From Nemertoderma westbladi (Eukaryota > Animalia > Xenacoelomorpha): DNA of 50,094 nt. The DNA is taken from contig JAUCBJ010006651.1 in assembly GCA_032718475.1 (NCBI GenBank), positions 1 through 50,094 on the forward strand. Direction: 5' to 3'. Below, piece after piece: positions 34,782-46,775 of the stretch. The first letter of the stretch is position 1. Each line of letters begins with the position of its first letter. The position numbers and the translations under genes were made by a program. Below the pieces are notes generated by a model, which worked only from the letters and a program-made list of their open reading frames with translations, was not told the DNA's origin and searched no databases.

Positions 34782-37233
34782 CAAGGACTACTATACTACA
34801 GGACTGGCACACTGCCTGATCCGACTTCGCTAGCGAAGTCCATTCATTTCATACTGCTGTATGCTGTACTACCTGAATAGCCTACTACCGTAGAATGATT
34901 AGTTATAGCTGTATTACATTACAGTATTATAGTCCTACCGCTACCTCTGGTATATGGGAATAGTACGAAATATGATGGTACGATGAATCGTATGACAGTA
35001 TGATGGTACGGTACCGCGACCGGTCCGGTACAGGCAGACAGGTAGGCCTAGGTGGTACCATTTGGTAGTAATTAAATCAATTACTATAGGTAGGTATTTA
35101 AGGATACGGTCGCGTACTGACATTTTTGTGAAACTATCGCAGTTCCAAGTATTGCTCTTCTTTTTCCATAACGAAGTATACAGTATATTGGACAGGTTTC
35201 ACTTTCATCAAATAATCAACTTTTCTCGGACATGTTTGTATCAGCCGATCGGCGGTTGATCAGCTGGGTTGCAGCTTGGGGTTTTCGCATTGCCTCGCTC
35301 GTAATAGCCAACTAATACGTTGGTCTCAGTTGGAAGAAGTCATTGCAGTCGTGAAACGTAATGTTGGTACTACGACAAACGACAAACGCTACTTACGAAA
35401 GCTAAGGAGTACGTTAATGCCGCGATTGATCTTGAGTCATCCAAATATAAGTCTCAGTTTGAGTTTATACTTTAGACTTTGTTCTATTAGACGATATCCC
35501 ATCCACTTTGAAAGCACCTGAACATCCGCAAGTATGTCCAACTTGTATTACTCTAATAACAACGGAAATGCTGAGAAAAATTGAACAGCTAGTGGATATT
35601 GAAGTCAGTTATGACGAGTTTCAGGCAGCTGGATACGTCGCAGGATTCCTGGTATAGGTAATCCCAGAGTTAGACATCACAGGTGATATTTAAGAGGAGG
35701 ATAATATATTTACCCAAGCCCTAAATCGTGGTGGATTACAACTTACTCCGCATCACCTGGTATGGTGGACCAGGACTGCAGGACCATGGCGTCTGCTGCA
35801 TGGGTGGATGCTGTGCTGTACATGATGGAACTATACCTATACGGTACTACAAACAACTAACTCAAGTAATACACATTATTGCGGTCTATTACTATTACTA
35901 TTACGGTATATCCCAACCCGCCACCAATAGCTGCCTGCCGTACCCTAGCAAACACCCTTCTTAATGGAGTACAAAAGCGATCTATGGAAAGGCAGAAACG
36001 GCGCGACTCACATTCTGGTGATAAGGCCGCACAAACTAAATTCCTCCGAATAACGGGAAGGGGACAAAATAAATAAATATTATTTATTGTATACCAGGCC
36101 GAAATTTGCAGATAGGGGGGGAAACTGGACGCAATAAAAATTCATCCCTCTCCAGGGGAAATTCGACGCAAATAACAGCTGATTACTCTCAAAAATAAAA
36201 CTGTAACCTGGCTGCCTGGTATATTATGTTTAGTTTATTGTTTTGTTTAAAATAACGTGCCACTGTAACCTGCTCCTTTCCCTAAATTGAGAATTTAACA
36301 TTGAGGCGGGATATTAATTCGCCTAGTTCCCCCCCCCCCCCCCCCCCCCTGTTTCGAAATTTGATATCGTATCGTATAACGCCATACCAGCATACTGTGA
36401 ACTGAGATATTTTTCTACAGGGGGGTCACACGTTGAGTCCGAGCCCGGAGAGACTCTTTAAACTGAAATATACAGAGGAGTCTACAGGGGAGTCACTCTT
36501 TTAATTTTCCGGTTTATGTTTAATATTCGGGATTGTTACTTAATCAATTAATTAATGTAGAGCCCGTATCGGGGCCATTGATGTGTTTTCACTCTGGGGT
36601 GGGGAATATTGGGTCGGCAATCGTATAAATAATAAAGTAATAACATAAAGTACCTACTAGTAATATTAAGTAAGAACCTAACAATAATATAAAGTACCTA
36701 ATAATAATAGCCCTATAAAGTAATAATATCAGAATGGCGGTTGGGAGGGGGGGGGGGGGGGAGGGGGGGGGTGGTTACCTGGAACCTGGCTTGAGAACTG
36801 CTAGGATAGTAAATGACCAGAGATATAGAGATAAAGAATATATAGAGAGGTCCATGTATGTACTGATGTATATTATATAGACAATTTACCGCTAGTTGAA
36901 TCCGTTATCATCTGTGTCATGACATTCCCCTACCGATAGGGATACTGTTCGTATCGTTTTTATGTCGCACAATGTACTAAGCACGGTCGTTCAAGACTAA
37001 TGAATAGTTAGTACACTGCACTCGTCTCCTTTGTTACAAGCCTCGCTGCGCTCGTCCTTTATTTCTTGACACCAAAATATATTATGTTACTAATAATTAC
37101 GATTGTGTACTAAATTTCATGAAAATCTTTTGTTAACAATGTCTATAACAATATAAAGCAATAACAAACCAATGGACTTCGCTAGCGAAGTCGGATGAAG
37201 GGGTGTGCCAGTCCTGTAGTATAGTAGTCCTTG
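34782..37233. repeat. Pair of 63-bp inverted repeats (34782-34844 and 37171-37233), each with an 18-bp palindrome
   Basis: caaggactactatactacaggactggcacac...ccGACTTCGCTAGCGAAGTCcatt and its reverse complement 2.3 kb away. Confidence 0.75.
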
Positions 37234-37958
37234 GTACCGGTATAACATTGTACCGGTACTGCTGTACTGTACAACAGTTGCGCAGTAACGCCAGAACGCA
37301 GTAACAGTAGGCCTCTTCCATGTATTACTGTATTAGTCTGTCCATCCCATATTAACTGATTAAAGGTAGGCCAACCTATAACTACAACAGCGGTAGCGGT
37401 AGGCCTCTTCCATATGCTGATATGTATTAGTCTGTCCTGTAGCTGTCAGCAGTCCGATATTGTACAGTAGGCCCATAACTTTGCTTAGAGGTTTCTTGTT
37501 GTACTGTATGTAGGCATACTTATAGTATGTAGGCATACTTATAGTGTAGCCCCCCCCCCCCACCCGTAGTTTTAGCCCCTGTAGGCCTACAGTAGTACTC
37601 ATTTCCCAAAGTTACTGCAGTAGTTATATGTTGTCATTTTTTATCTCACCTGGCCACGCAGTACCAATACATATTATAAAGCATGTGGTATTTTTATTAA
37701 ATTGCACGTGTGCATGGTGATATTTTCACACTGTTTCTTACGCCTCCTGGTCGAATTTGTTTAATTCGCTATAATACGCCATTCAAAACTCTACTGATAT
37801 ACTGTAGCAGTTAATTACCGGTAACTGCTACAGTAGGCCCTACACTTATTAATGGTAAAAAAATCATTCAGTCAAAATATAACAAAGGCATGCATTTTAT
37901 GACATGCATCAACATTATTTCAATGTTTATTTATTACTATATTCTAGAATATTAAATC

Positions 37959-39069
37959 GGATAGTACTCTACACGAATCTGGACCGAACTGGACCGAACT
38001 GAACCGAACTGGATCGAAAGAGAGGCGAACTGGACCGAACTGGACCGCCAAATGAAAGATAATGCAAAAACAACCACCCATGCAGACAAGTGAAAATAAA
38101 TATTGAAATAAATATTGTTATTTCATCCATTGTAAATAAAATAGCGTATAAGATGCCGCTAAATTAAGATTACTTCTTCTAACATTGATGTTGCACTGCT
38201 TTCACCAGTACCGGTACCAGTCCCACATCTGCATGTCTGTAGATTGCAGTATTTTGTGCACCGGCTGACCGGTAGTTCAAAAGTTGTGTTCAATGACATG
38301 TAGAGAGACCTACCACATAATACTGCAATATACTGATATACATACGTAACATTATTATCTTTACCATCTTTATTTTTTAAAATTAAGCTCACTTAGCAGC
38401 TTAGTACTGTAGTACAGTAGTATCTCTGCACCTAGCAGCCTAGACGTATATACGTTAGACGGTTGGAGTAATTCAGTACCGGTTGCCGGTAGGCCTACTT
38501 ATTTGAATTTCTGCTTGTTTGGTTAAGGGCCAAATTAACTCCAAGTGGCGGTAGTCCGGAGCAACTAGGCCTATCGGGAAATACGGTTGGCGAATATGGT
38601 GGGCGGTCGCCCAGACTACAAAACATGAATTATAATAAAAAGTTTAATTTTAAAAAATAAAGATGGTAAAGATAATAATGTTACGTATGTATATCAGTAT
38701 ATTGCAGTATTATGTGGTAGGTCTCTCTACATGTCATTAACACAACTTTTGAACTACCGGTCAGCCGGTAGTTACAGCCGGTCAGCTACAGACATGCAGA
38801 TGTGGGACTGGTACCGGTACTGGTGAAAGCAGTGCAACATCAATGTTAGAAGAAGTAATCTTAATTTAGCGGCATCTTATACGCTATTTTATTTACAATG
38901 GATGAAATAACAATATTTATTTCAATATTTATTTTCACTTGTCTGCATGGGTGGTTGTTTTTGCATTATCTTTCATTTGGCGGTCCAGTTCGGTCCAGTT
39001 CGCCTCTCTTTCGATCCAGTTCGGTTCAGTTCGGTCCAGTTCGGTCCAGATTCGTGTAGAGTACTATCC
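37959..39069. mobile_element. Young Mutator-like foldback element, ~430-bp TIRs
   Basis: GGATAGTACTC...GAGTACTATCC termini; perfect 9-bp TSD TATTAAATC (37950-37958, 39070-39078); near-identical arms 37959-38389 and 38641-39069; 10-bp subrepeats GGACCGAACT. Confidence 0.92.
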
Positions 39070-39309
39070 TATTAAATCGCCTTTTTTCGATAATAATTAA
39101 TAAAATATAAATAAAACAATAATAAAATATATATAATAATAAAATAATATAATATAATAATAAAATATCATAAAAAATAATCAACTATCATTAATAATTA
39201 ATAAGATTAATTAAATTAATTAAAAGCTTGAAATTAATATTCTAGATAATAATATCATCAGAACTTGATTTACTTCTAAAATTGATAAAATTTTTTTGGT
39301 GAAATCGTA

Positions 39310-39673
39310 AACGGCTTTCATATTCGATTCGGAATATAAAGTATATTTAAAAAAAAATAAAATAAAATGGACACGTTTTTTAACAGTTTACAGTGTAGCG
39401 AAATAATAAAAAAATAAAAAACCTGCGGGAAACATTCGTAACACATTCGTAACGCATTCGTATTGCGTGGGAAACATTCGTATAAGATTATAGGGACGCA
39501 TTCGTATAATGTGCGGGATTCGAAAAAGGTTCGTATTAGATTCGATATGCGAATAAAGGATGCGTATTTGGTTCGGTTTTCGCATTCGTATCGCATGGTT
39601 CATCTATGTAACATTTGTGAATGCGTGAAATATGCGCCGTCCCATGCGTTACGAATGCGGATTTTTTACTGGG
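39310..39673 (-). repeat. ATTCGTA-subrepeat element end, possibly CMC/EnSpm-like
   Basis: Many (c)attcgta(a) motifs; the minus-strand end reads CCCAGTAAAAAATCCGCATTCG. Only one terminus seen. Confidence 0.4.
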
Positions 39674-40146
39674 ATTACCTCGACTTATTATAGACTCTGT
39701 ACATTGCTGACTACTTCCACCCAAGGCGGCCTACCATTCACCCTACACGTCAGCACGTGCTGTGCACCTACACCCTACATGTACAGATGTAGGCTACACC
39801 AGTGGGCCTACACTAACCTATGACGATGACGTAGACTCTACGATGCTATGTACGGTAGGCTACCAAGGCTGCAAGGCCTAGCCTCTACAGCTCTATGCAT
39901 GACGCAAAACAGCAAAAGATATACCCGATATTACCGCTTACCTACCGGTATGTACAGATGTAGTATACCTCAACCAGCAGATTACTGCTATTGCATTTTT
40001 TTAGCTTTTTTTTTACACAATTATTGCATACCGGACCGGTAGGCCTATTGCACAACCAGTCAGCGTTCGAGTTGCTGTTAGTTAGCCCTACCGGTAGGCC
40101 TGGGCTACTGTATTAAAAAGCACCGCACCGGTAGTTCTGAGATGAT

Positions 40147-40779
40147 ATGGGAGCTTGGTTCAGTAAGAGCAAATCTACTAACTCCAACAAGTCGAGAGTT
40201 ACAGAACAGGACAAAGCTGTCCTAGGTCTGAAACAATCTCGAGATAAACTGAAGCAGTACGAGAAACGAATATGTTTACAATTAGAGAAAGAAAGACTAG
40301 TTGCTAAACGTTTGTTAGCTGGGGGAAATAAGGAGAAGGCTTTGACTTTATTGAAAAAGAAACGCTACCAAGAACAAATGTTATCTAAGCTTGAAACTCA
40401 ACTATCGAATCTTGAACGAATGGCTAACGACATTGAATTCGCACAACTAGAAATTAAGGTTGTAGAAGGACTGAAGGAAGGTAATACAGCGTTGAAACGA
40501 CTCCATCAAATAATGTCTATAGAAGACGTGGAAAAAATTATGGATGATACGAAGGAGGGGGTGGATTACCAAAGGGACATAGACGAACTGCTTGCGGGGC
40601 AGTTGACAGAGGACGACAACGAGGCAATAATGGACGAACTGCGACAACTTACTCAACCGGAAGTAACGGACATTACGGTAAATCTACCAGACGTACCGAC
40701 ACACGACTTACCCGTAGGGGAAAAACCGTTGGGCGCAGACACCGCCAAGGTTAAACATAAAGAGATGGTGTCTGCCTAG
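40147..40779 (+). CDS. CHMP6: Charged multivesicular body protein 6 (Vps20, ESCRT-III Snf7 family), 210 aa, single ORF
   Basis: Myristoylation-type MGAWFS start, SRVTEQDKAVLGLKQSRDKLKQY, LLKKKRYQEQ, IEFAQLEIKVVEGLKEGN, MSIEDVEKIMD, MIM2-like LPDVPTHDLP. Confidence 0.96.
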   Translation: MGAWFSKSKSTNSNKSRVTEQDKAVLGLKQSRDKLKQYEKRICLQLEKERLVAKRLLAGGNKEKALTLLKKKRYQEQMLSKLETQLSNLERMANDIEFAQLEIKVVEGLKEGNTALKRLHQIMSIEDVEKIMDDTKEGVDYQRDIDELLAGQLTEDDNEAIMDELRQLTQPEVTDITVNLPDVPTHDLPVGEKPLGADTAKVKHKEMVSA

Positions 40780-42080
40780 ATTAATATACAATATATTCGT
40801 ACAGTACACAACAATATGGACCAATATTCCAGATGAATGAAGTAGGCCTATTTATCGAATTCGATTTCTGGCTGACCCGTAAACGAGAACGAGAGGCAAA
40901 TATATATATATATCGACAGTTGTTGTTGAGTTGCAGTTCTGCAATGTCCTAATTCTTTATTATATTGCCACATTCAAATGCTATTATGTTTTTAATTTTT
41001 GATAAATTTTACAAGCCGTGTTTATTAGTTGCTGATTATTTATTGTTTATTATATACTGAACCTAATTTAATTATTTATATAATATGAAATATTCTGTAA
41101 ATCTGACACCTACTACTTATTATCGGATTATACAGTACATGTATCATGGTTTGTGAAGTTACACTTTCCCCTTTATATGATTATAGATGCACTCATTTCA
41201 TTAAATACACTACATTTTCTTCGCAACATTTTTTCCTAAATTCTGTTTCATATTTAAAATATATATTGAATAACTGTTTCGCTAAAATTAGGCCCTTTTA
41301 ATATAGTGAACATACCTTGGCGAATAAGGAATGAATATTTATTGTGATCCAATGTAACATTTGAGACGTTATTATATATTACATGACTTTTTCCAGTGGC
41401 ACTGCTCTCTCAGGATTGTTCTTTCCATTGCAAACTTAAATTTTATACAGCAGGAATCTAAAGTACTGTATGTGTCTAAATAGTACATTCATACAGTCTT
41501 GCCCTTGTTAGAGATAGAATATTCCCACTTCGTTTTCGAATTACGTGATGACGCTTTCTTACTATTTACATCATTACATGTAACTATATTCGCCTGTGAA
41601 AGAAACCAGGCTCGGAAGGGTTACCATACCATTGATAATCAACCTGTTGGTCTGGTGTTCCAAATATTTAAATGTCAATAACAATAACTCTGGCAATCAG
41701 GCAATCCCCAATGAAATGGGCAACTTTGTGCACAGTTGTCTGTTAAAAGTTCAGAAAATATATTTCGTGGGGGACTTTTTAGTTCTCCTCCAGGCCTGCC
41801 GCTATAGGGCTAAATCTAAATATCTGAATCCAATTTGTATTTCTTTCAAGCTGAAACTTGGCAGATATGTTAGCGCTATTCCCAAAATTTTGGGTTATTT
41901 CCCTTATTTGTCTATTAAATTATTGAGCAAAGAAAATGATAAATTGCGTTTTTTCAAGATTTTCCATTTAACAGAGTTATTAAATTGAAATCTTGTATAA
42001 GTTGTAACAGCAATTATTATCGCAGCTGGGGATATAACTAAGTCAGTACAATAAGTTAATACTGTTCCATATGATGGGAA

Positions 42081-42192
42081 GTTTTACTTACAAAGCTCTA
42101 AGTGAGATATTACCGGTACTAGAACACAGCCTGTGTGTTTTACTTACAAAGTTTTAAGTGAGATATTATCGGTACTAGAACACAGCCTGTGT
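42081..42192. repeat. ~56-bp tandem duplication followed by two diverged ~170-bp-spaced units
   Basis: gttttacttacaaag...ggtactagaacacagcctgtgt twice; tccagtct..gctagagggc at ~42223 and ~42393. Confidence 0.8.
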
Positions 42193-43218
42193 CTTATGTG
42201 GACATTAATCGGTCTGCAGTTCTCCAGTCTACAGCTAGAGGGCGAAATTTAATTTATGAAGGTGAAGGTGCAAACCTTCACCCGGCTCCTTGATGTTAAT
42301 CCGTTTAAGCTGCATCTAATTTAAGCTGCATATTATTTGTACTAGACCACCACCTGTGTCTTTGTAAAGAAGGTGATATCATTCCGATGTTTTCCAGTCT
42401 GCCGCTAGAGGGCTAAATGACTGAAAGTGAAAACCTTCCGACCCTTTCCTTAATTTTAATCCTTTTAAGCGGAAACACTGTATGTACTGTCTACTTTTTT
42501 TGCCACTACTTAGATAGTTATACACTTATCATTAAATGGCTACCATCAACATCAATTGAGAATACTCATTGTGTTCTAGAAGTTTATTATTATTGCTAAG
42601 TAGGCCTACTGTTACAAAGTCCGTTATTAGACGCAACAACGCTGCATACTTGTACTTTGCTGCGTTACTAGGATATCACCAGAACGCTGATAAGTTGACA
42701 TATTATTGTAACAAATGTTTTTTGTGATTAACTATCATGTGTAGGCCTATACTATACATGCCTGGAATATACTGTAGTTTCGTAATTCAGAGGAACGAAC
42801 TACAAATCTTAATGAGATTGCATGAAATTTGAAGCGGAGATAGTTTGACATCCCAACCAAACCACTTCTGGGGTTGACCGAAATTTACGTTTTTGTTTTC
42901 CATCTTTTGGTAAAAGCGTTTCAAAAAACTATATATGAAAATATGTCTCCATATTGCACCCAGCTACACCGCGGATTCCAACGAAATATGTAATACAATC
43001 AAGGTGAACTAAATAACAGAGGTCATGCAGCGAGAATCGGCCTCCAATTTTTGGAGGCTGAAAACTTTCATTAAAGTTGGAAGGTCAACCAAACACTTTG
43101 AAGCCAACCAAACACTTTGAAGCACGTGACATTAAAAAATTACACCTATGGAGGTTTTCGAAGTCGCTGCTTCCATTTCCGATACCAATTTCTACTGTAC
43201 ATGTAACCCTACTATTTA

Positions 43219-45068
43219 CACCATGTCATGGAATATAGTGTCTTTATTCAATGTTTTTGTTAAATGTTTTTACAAATCGTAATGATATTGCATGAAATTT
43301 GAAACAGAGATAGTTTCATCTCCCTCCTCCTTGCTGGGTGAGCCAGAATTTTTATTTTCGCTTTAATTCTTAAGCTACAATCGCGTGTCTCCGGAAAAGT
43401 GTCGAAAAAGTGTCTCCGGCAAAATTGCTCCAGTTACACCGCAGTTATTCTTCAACCTTACAGTATATTGATTTGTAGGTACTAGTGGAAAGCTGGTTGT
43501 GCAAGGATTCCAAATATGTATCATAATCTAAATTTCGTCTTAAAATGGGATATCAGCGTTTGAAACTTGTATGGCTTTGCATATGAGCGAGGCTATTTTA
43601 TTCTATTATATAAATACAGTACAACACATTCTGGAGCATTTTCTTTATCCCATAAGTAGCTTGGCAACAATGCAATACCTCTTTAATCATACTACCGTAT
43701 TTATACGGCCTAACAGGTCACTTGAACTGGCCTCTAAAAAAGAGGCCAGTTTTTTTTAACAATATTTTGGGATTTTGATATGGGGAGAGTTCTATAAATT
43801 TTCATTTGCAGCAATTTGGACAACGGACGTAATTCAAGTCGCCTCGTTAAGAAAGACACTAAATTTTATGGTAGCTAGTGTTTTAGATAGGTTTTTTTAC
43901 AGGTAGCTAGCGATAGGTAGCTAGTAATTTCAACACTGGTTCCGACATCCTACTTCCTTCTATAAATTTTTTTAGTACAGTAGCTAGTTTTTATTACTAT
44001 TTGTATAGAAAATGTTCCAGAACATGTTAGCTCTTAATTTAAAAAAAATGTTCTAGAACAAATATTTTCTGTTCTAGAACATTTTTTTTTTTTAAATCTG
44101 GATTCCATTTAAAACGCATGGAATCGTTCTAAAACGTGTTGAAAATCAATAAAAAAAATTGTGAAAAAAAATATTGTTGAAAAATCTTTTTGAAAAAAAA
44201 ATTTCGAAAAATTTTTTTTTATTAATTTTCAACACGTTTTAAAACGATTCCATGCGTTTTAAATAGAATCCAGACAAAAAATATTTGTTCTAGAACATAT
44301 TTTTTTTAAAAATGAAGAGCTAACATGGTCTGGAACATTTTCTATACAAGTAGTAATAAAAACTAGCTACTAAAAAATATTTATAGAAGGAAGTAGGATG
44401 TCGGAACCAGTGTTGAAATTACTAGCTAAACCTATCTAAAACACTAGAGCTACTATAAAATTTAGTGTCTTCCTTAACGAGGCGACTTCAATTACGTCCG
44501 TTGACCAAATTACAGCAAATGAAAAATTATAGAACTCTCCCCATATCAAATTCTAAAAATATTGTTTAAAAAAATTGGCCTTTTTTTAAGAGGCCAGTTC
44601 AAGTGACCTGTTTGGCCGTATAAATATACAGTAGTAGGCCATGATACTACTATTATTAAATAGCTACTCATACATAACAAAATGTTCCAGAATTATGTTG
44701 TATTTACAGTATATAATGGAATAAAATATCCTCGCTCATGCAAAACCATACAAGTTTTAAACGCTGATATCTCAGCTATTTGGAATCCTTGCACAACCAG
44801 CTTTCCACTAGTACCAACAAATCACTATAAGGTGGAAGAATAACTGTATGTGTGTGTGTAACTGGTGCAATTTCGCCGGAGATACTTTTTTCAAACGCTT
44901 GTAGCTAAAGAATGAAAGCGAAAATAAAAATTATGGCTCACCCAGCAAGGAGGAGGGAGATGAAACTATCTCTGTTTCAAATTTCATGCAATATCATTAC
45001 GATTTGTAAAAAAATTTGGGGCGGGGGGCATGTACCTGAATAAAGGCACTATATTCTAGAACTTGGTG
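43219..45068. mobile_element. 1.85-kb foldback (near-complete palindrome) with TA flanks, Tc1/mariner-like
   Basis: TA|CACCATGTCATGGAATATAGTG ... CACTATATTCTAGAACTTGGTG|TA; arms ~43219-44160 and ~44211-45068 align throughout as reverse complements. Confidence 0.88.
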
Positions 45069-45170
45069 TATAAGTCGTTGATCTACTGTAGCTATATAGG
45101 ATAATCTAGGAGTTATTGGCCCGTACGCATAAAACAGTCGTAAATTTACGTCCGTCGTAACTCTAAATAA

Positions 45171-45380
45171 TGGCAATGATACACCACAGGAGCGGCGGGC
45201 GGCCGCGGCGAGCGGCCGATATGATCGGCGACTTTTAGTATGATACACTATAGGAGCGGCGAGCGGCAGCAACCATTTGTGGTGTATCATCACCCATAGA
45301 AAATAATGTGTTCTATTTTTAAAAAGTGGCCGCTTGCCGCGGCCGCTGCCGTTCGCCGCTCCAGTGGTGTATCATGGCCT
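45171..45380. mobile_element. 210-bp PIF/Harbinger MITE
   Basis: TAA TSD (45168-45170, 45381-45383); TIRs GGCAATGATACACCACAGGAGCGGCG / CGCCGCTCCAGTGGTGTATCATGGCC. Confidence 0.85.
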
Positions 45381-46775
45381 TAAGTCGTAAGTTAGATTAC
45401 GACTATCGTAGCCACGATTATCGTATATTGGTATGCATAAAACTGTTTAAGATTAATCGTGCTTCCGATTATCGTAATTTAGTTACGATGCTATTTTTAC
45501 GATGCTATTTTAGAGTGTTGCTGGGCAACTCTGTAAACAATACTGCGAAAATCTGAGATTCCTATTATGTTCCTTTAGTACGGGCTCTGGCGGCGTTAAG
45601 CGCAATACCTTCGGTAAATTAACGAGACTATTATTTTTGGATGGAGGACCATGTTAGACGTCAGAACACAAGTGGTGATCGGTATAGCTAATTTGCATTC
45701 TAGAACTACAGGCCAAAAACAAGCTAGCTAGCCGACCCCTACCTAACTCTATGTTGGGCCCTCTGGTTGAATATAAATGCAATCAATTTTTTCAAATGAA
45801 CATTTTTCTTCTAGAGGGAAGACCGGCGATTAATTTAAATACAAATATATCGCCACTTTTATTTTTTAAATGCGATAAATTTACATGAGAACAAAATACA
45901 TTCACTTTTTTTAAGAAACCAACATTTACATTAGCTGCCATAAAATGTAGCTACTTTGGTTTAACACGTTCAAACATGTATCAAAATTTGCGCTAATTAT
46001 TTCTGCATTCACCCATGCAACTCATTTTGGATGAGTACTAAATCCTCCTAGTTATTTAGCCCGATTATTATCGGGGAAACGATAATCAGAGAATATTCAG
46101 AGAAAGTATACTCTCTGACATTTGGAAATATTTACTACAGTTACTAAGGTAACTAACTATTCTGTGAACGGCACTCCCTTACATGTATTACCTGGCGTTG
46201 TGTAGTTTCTAGGCGACTGACTGTATACACTAAACACGCAGGCACAATCAAGTCGTTTTAAAGCACCCACTGTATTTTTTTTAATAAGAGTTAGTAGTTT
46301 ACAGTATGCACCGCCGATGTTCTTAAAAATGTTAGCTATTTAATACTTATATTCGCAGCGATCGTATGTGAAGGCCGTCCACCGTGGATGGTGGTACTAG
46401 TGTGTTTTGTGCACACCCCCCCCCCCTCCCCCCCCCCAAATTTGTTATACTAGCTAGTTTTTATTACTTTTAATGTTCTAGAACATATTATCTATTAATT
46501 TAATATAAAAATTTTGTTCTAGAACAAAAAAATTTTTTTATATTAATTGTATATCTTTATAGTAGCTATTTTAAATTTGAAAAATAACAAGCTATATATT
46601 CTAGAACGTTATATTTTTTATATTATTTATGTTCTAGAATAGTGTATATTATATATTTTGTGTTCTAGAACTCTACAATGTTGCCATGGTAACAGTGACT
46701 TATGTTATAAAAATGTAGTGCTATGCGGAACTGTTAAAAAATAGCTGATATTTTTACAACAGTTTATACTGTATA

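Noticed and set aside
36100-36362. Small MITE with G/C-tract TIRs, similar to 30370-30420
   Set aside because: TIR match too degenerate to set boundaries by eye.
2015-46437. Numerous long poly-G/poly-C tracts as G-quadruplex signals
   Set aside because: Many lie in TE subtermini, homopolymer lengths are unreliable and there is no pattern relative to genes.
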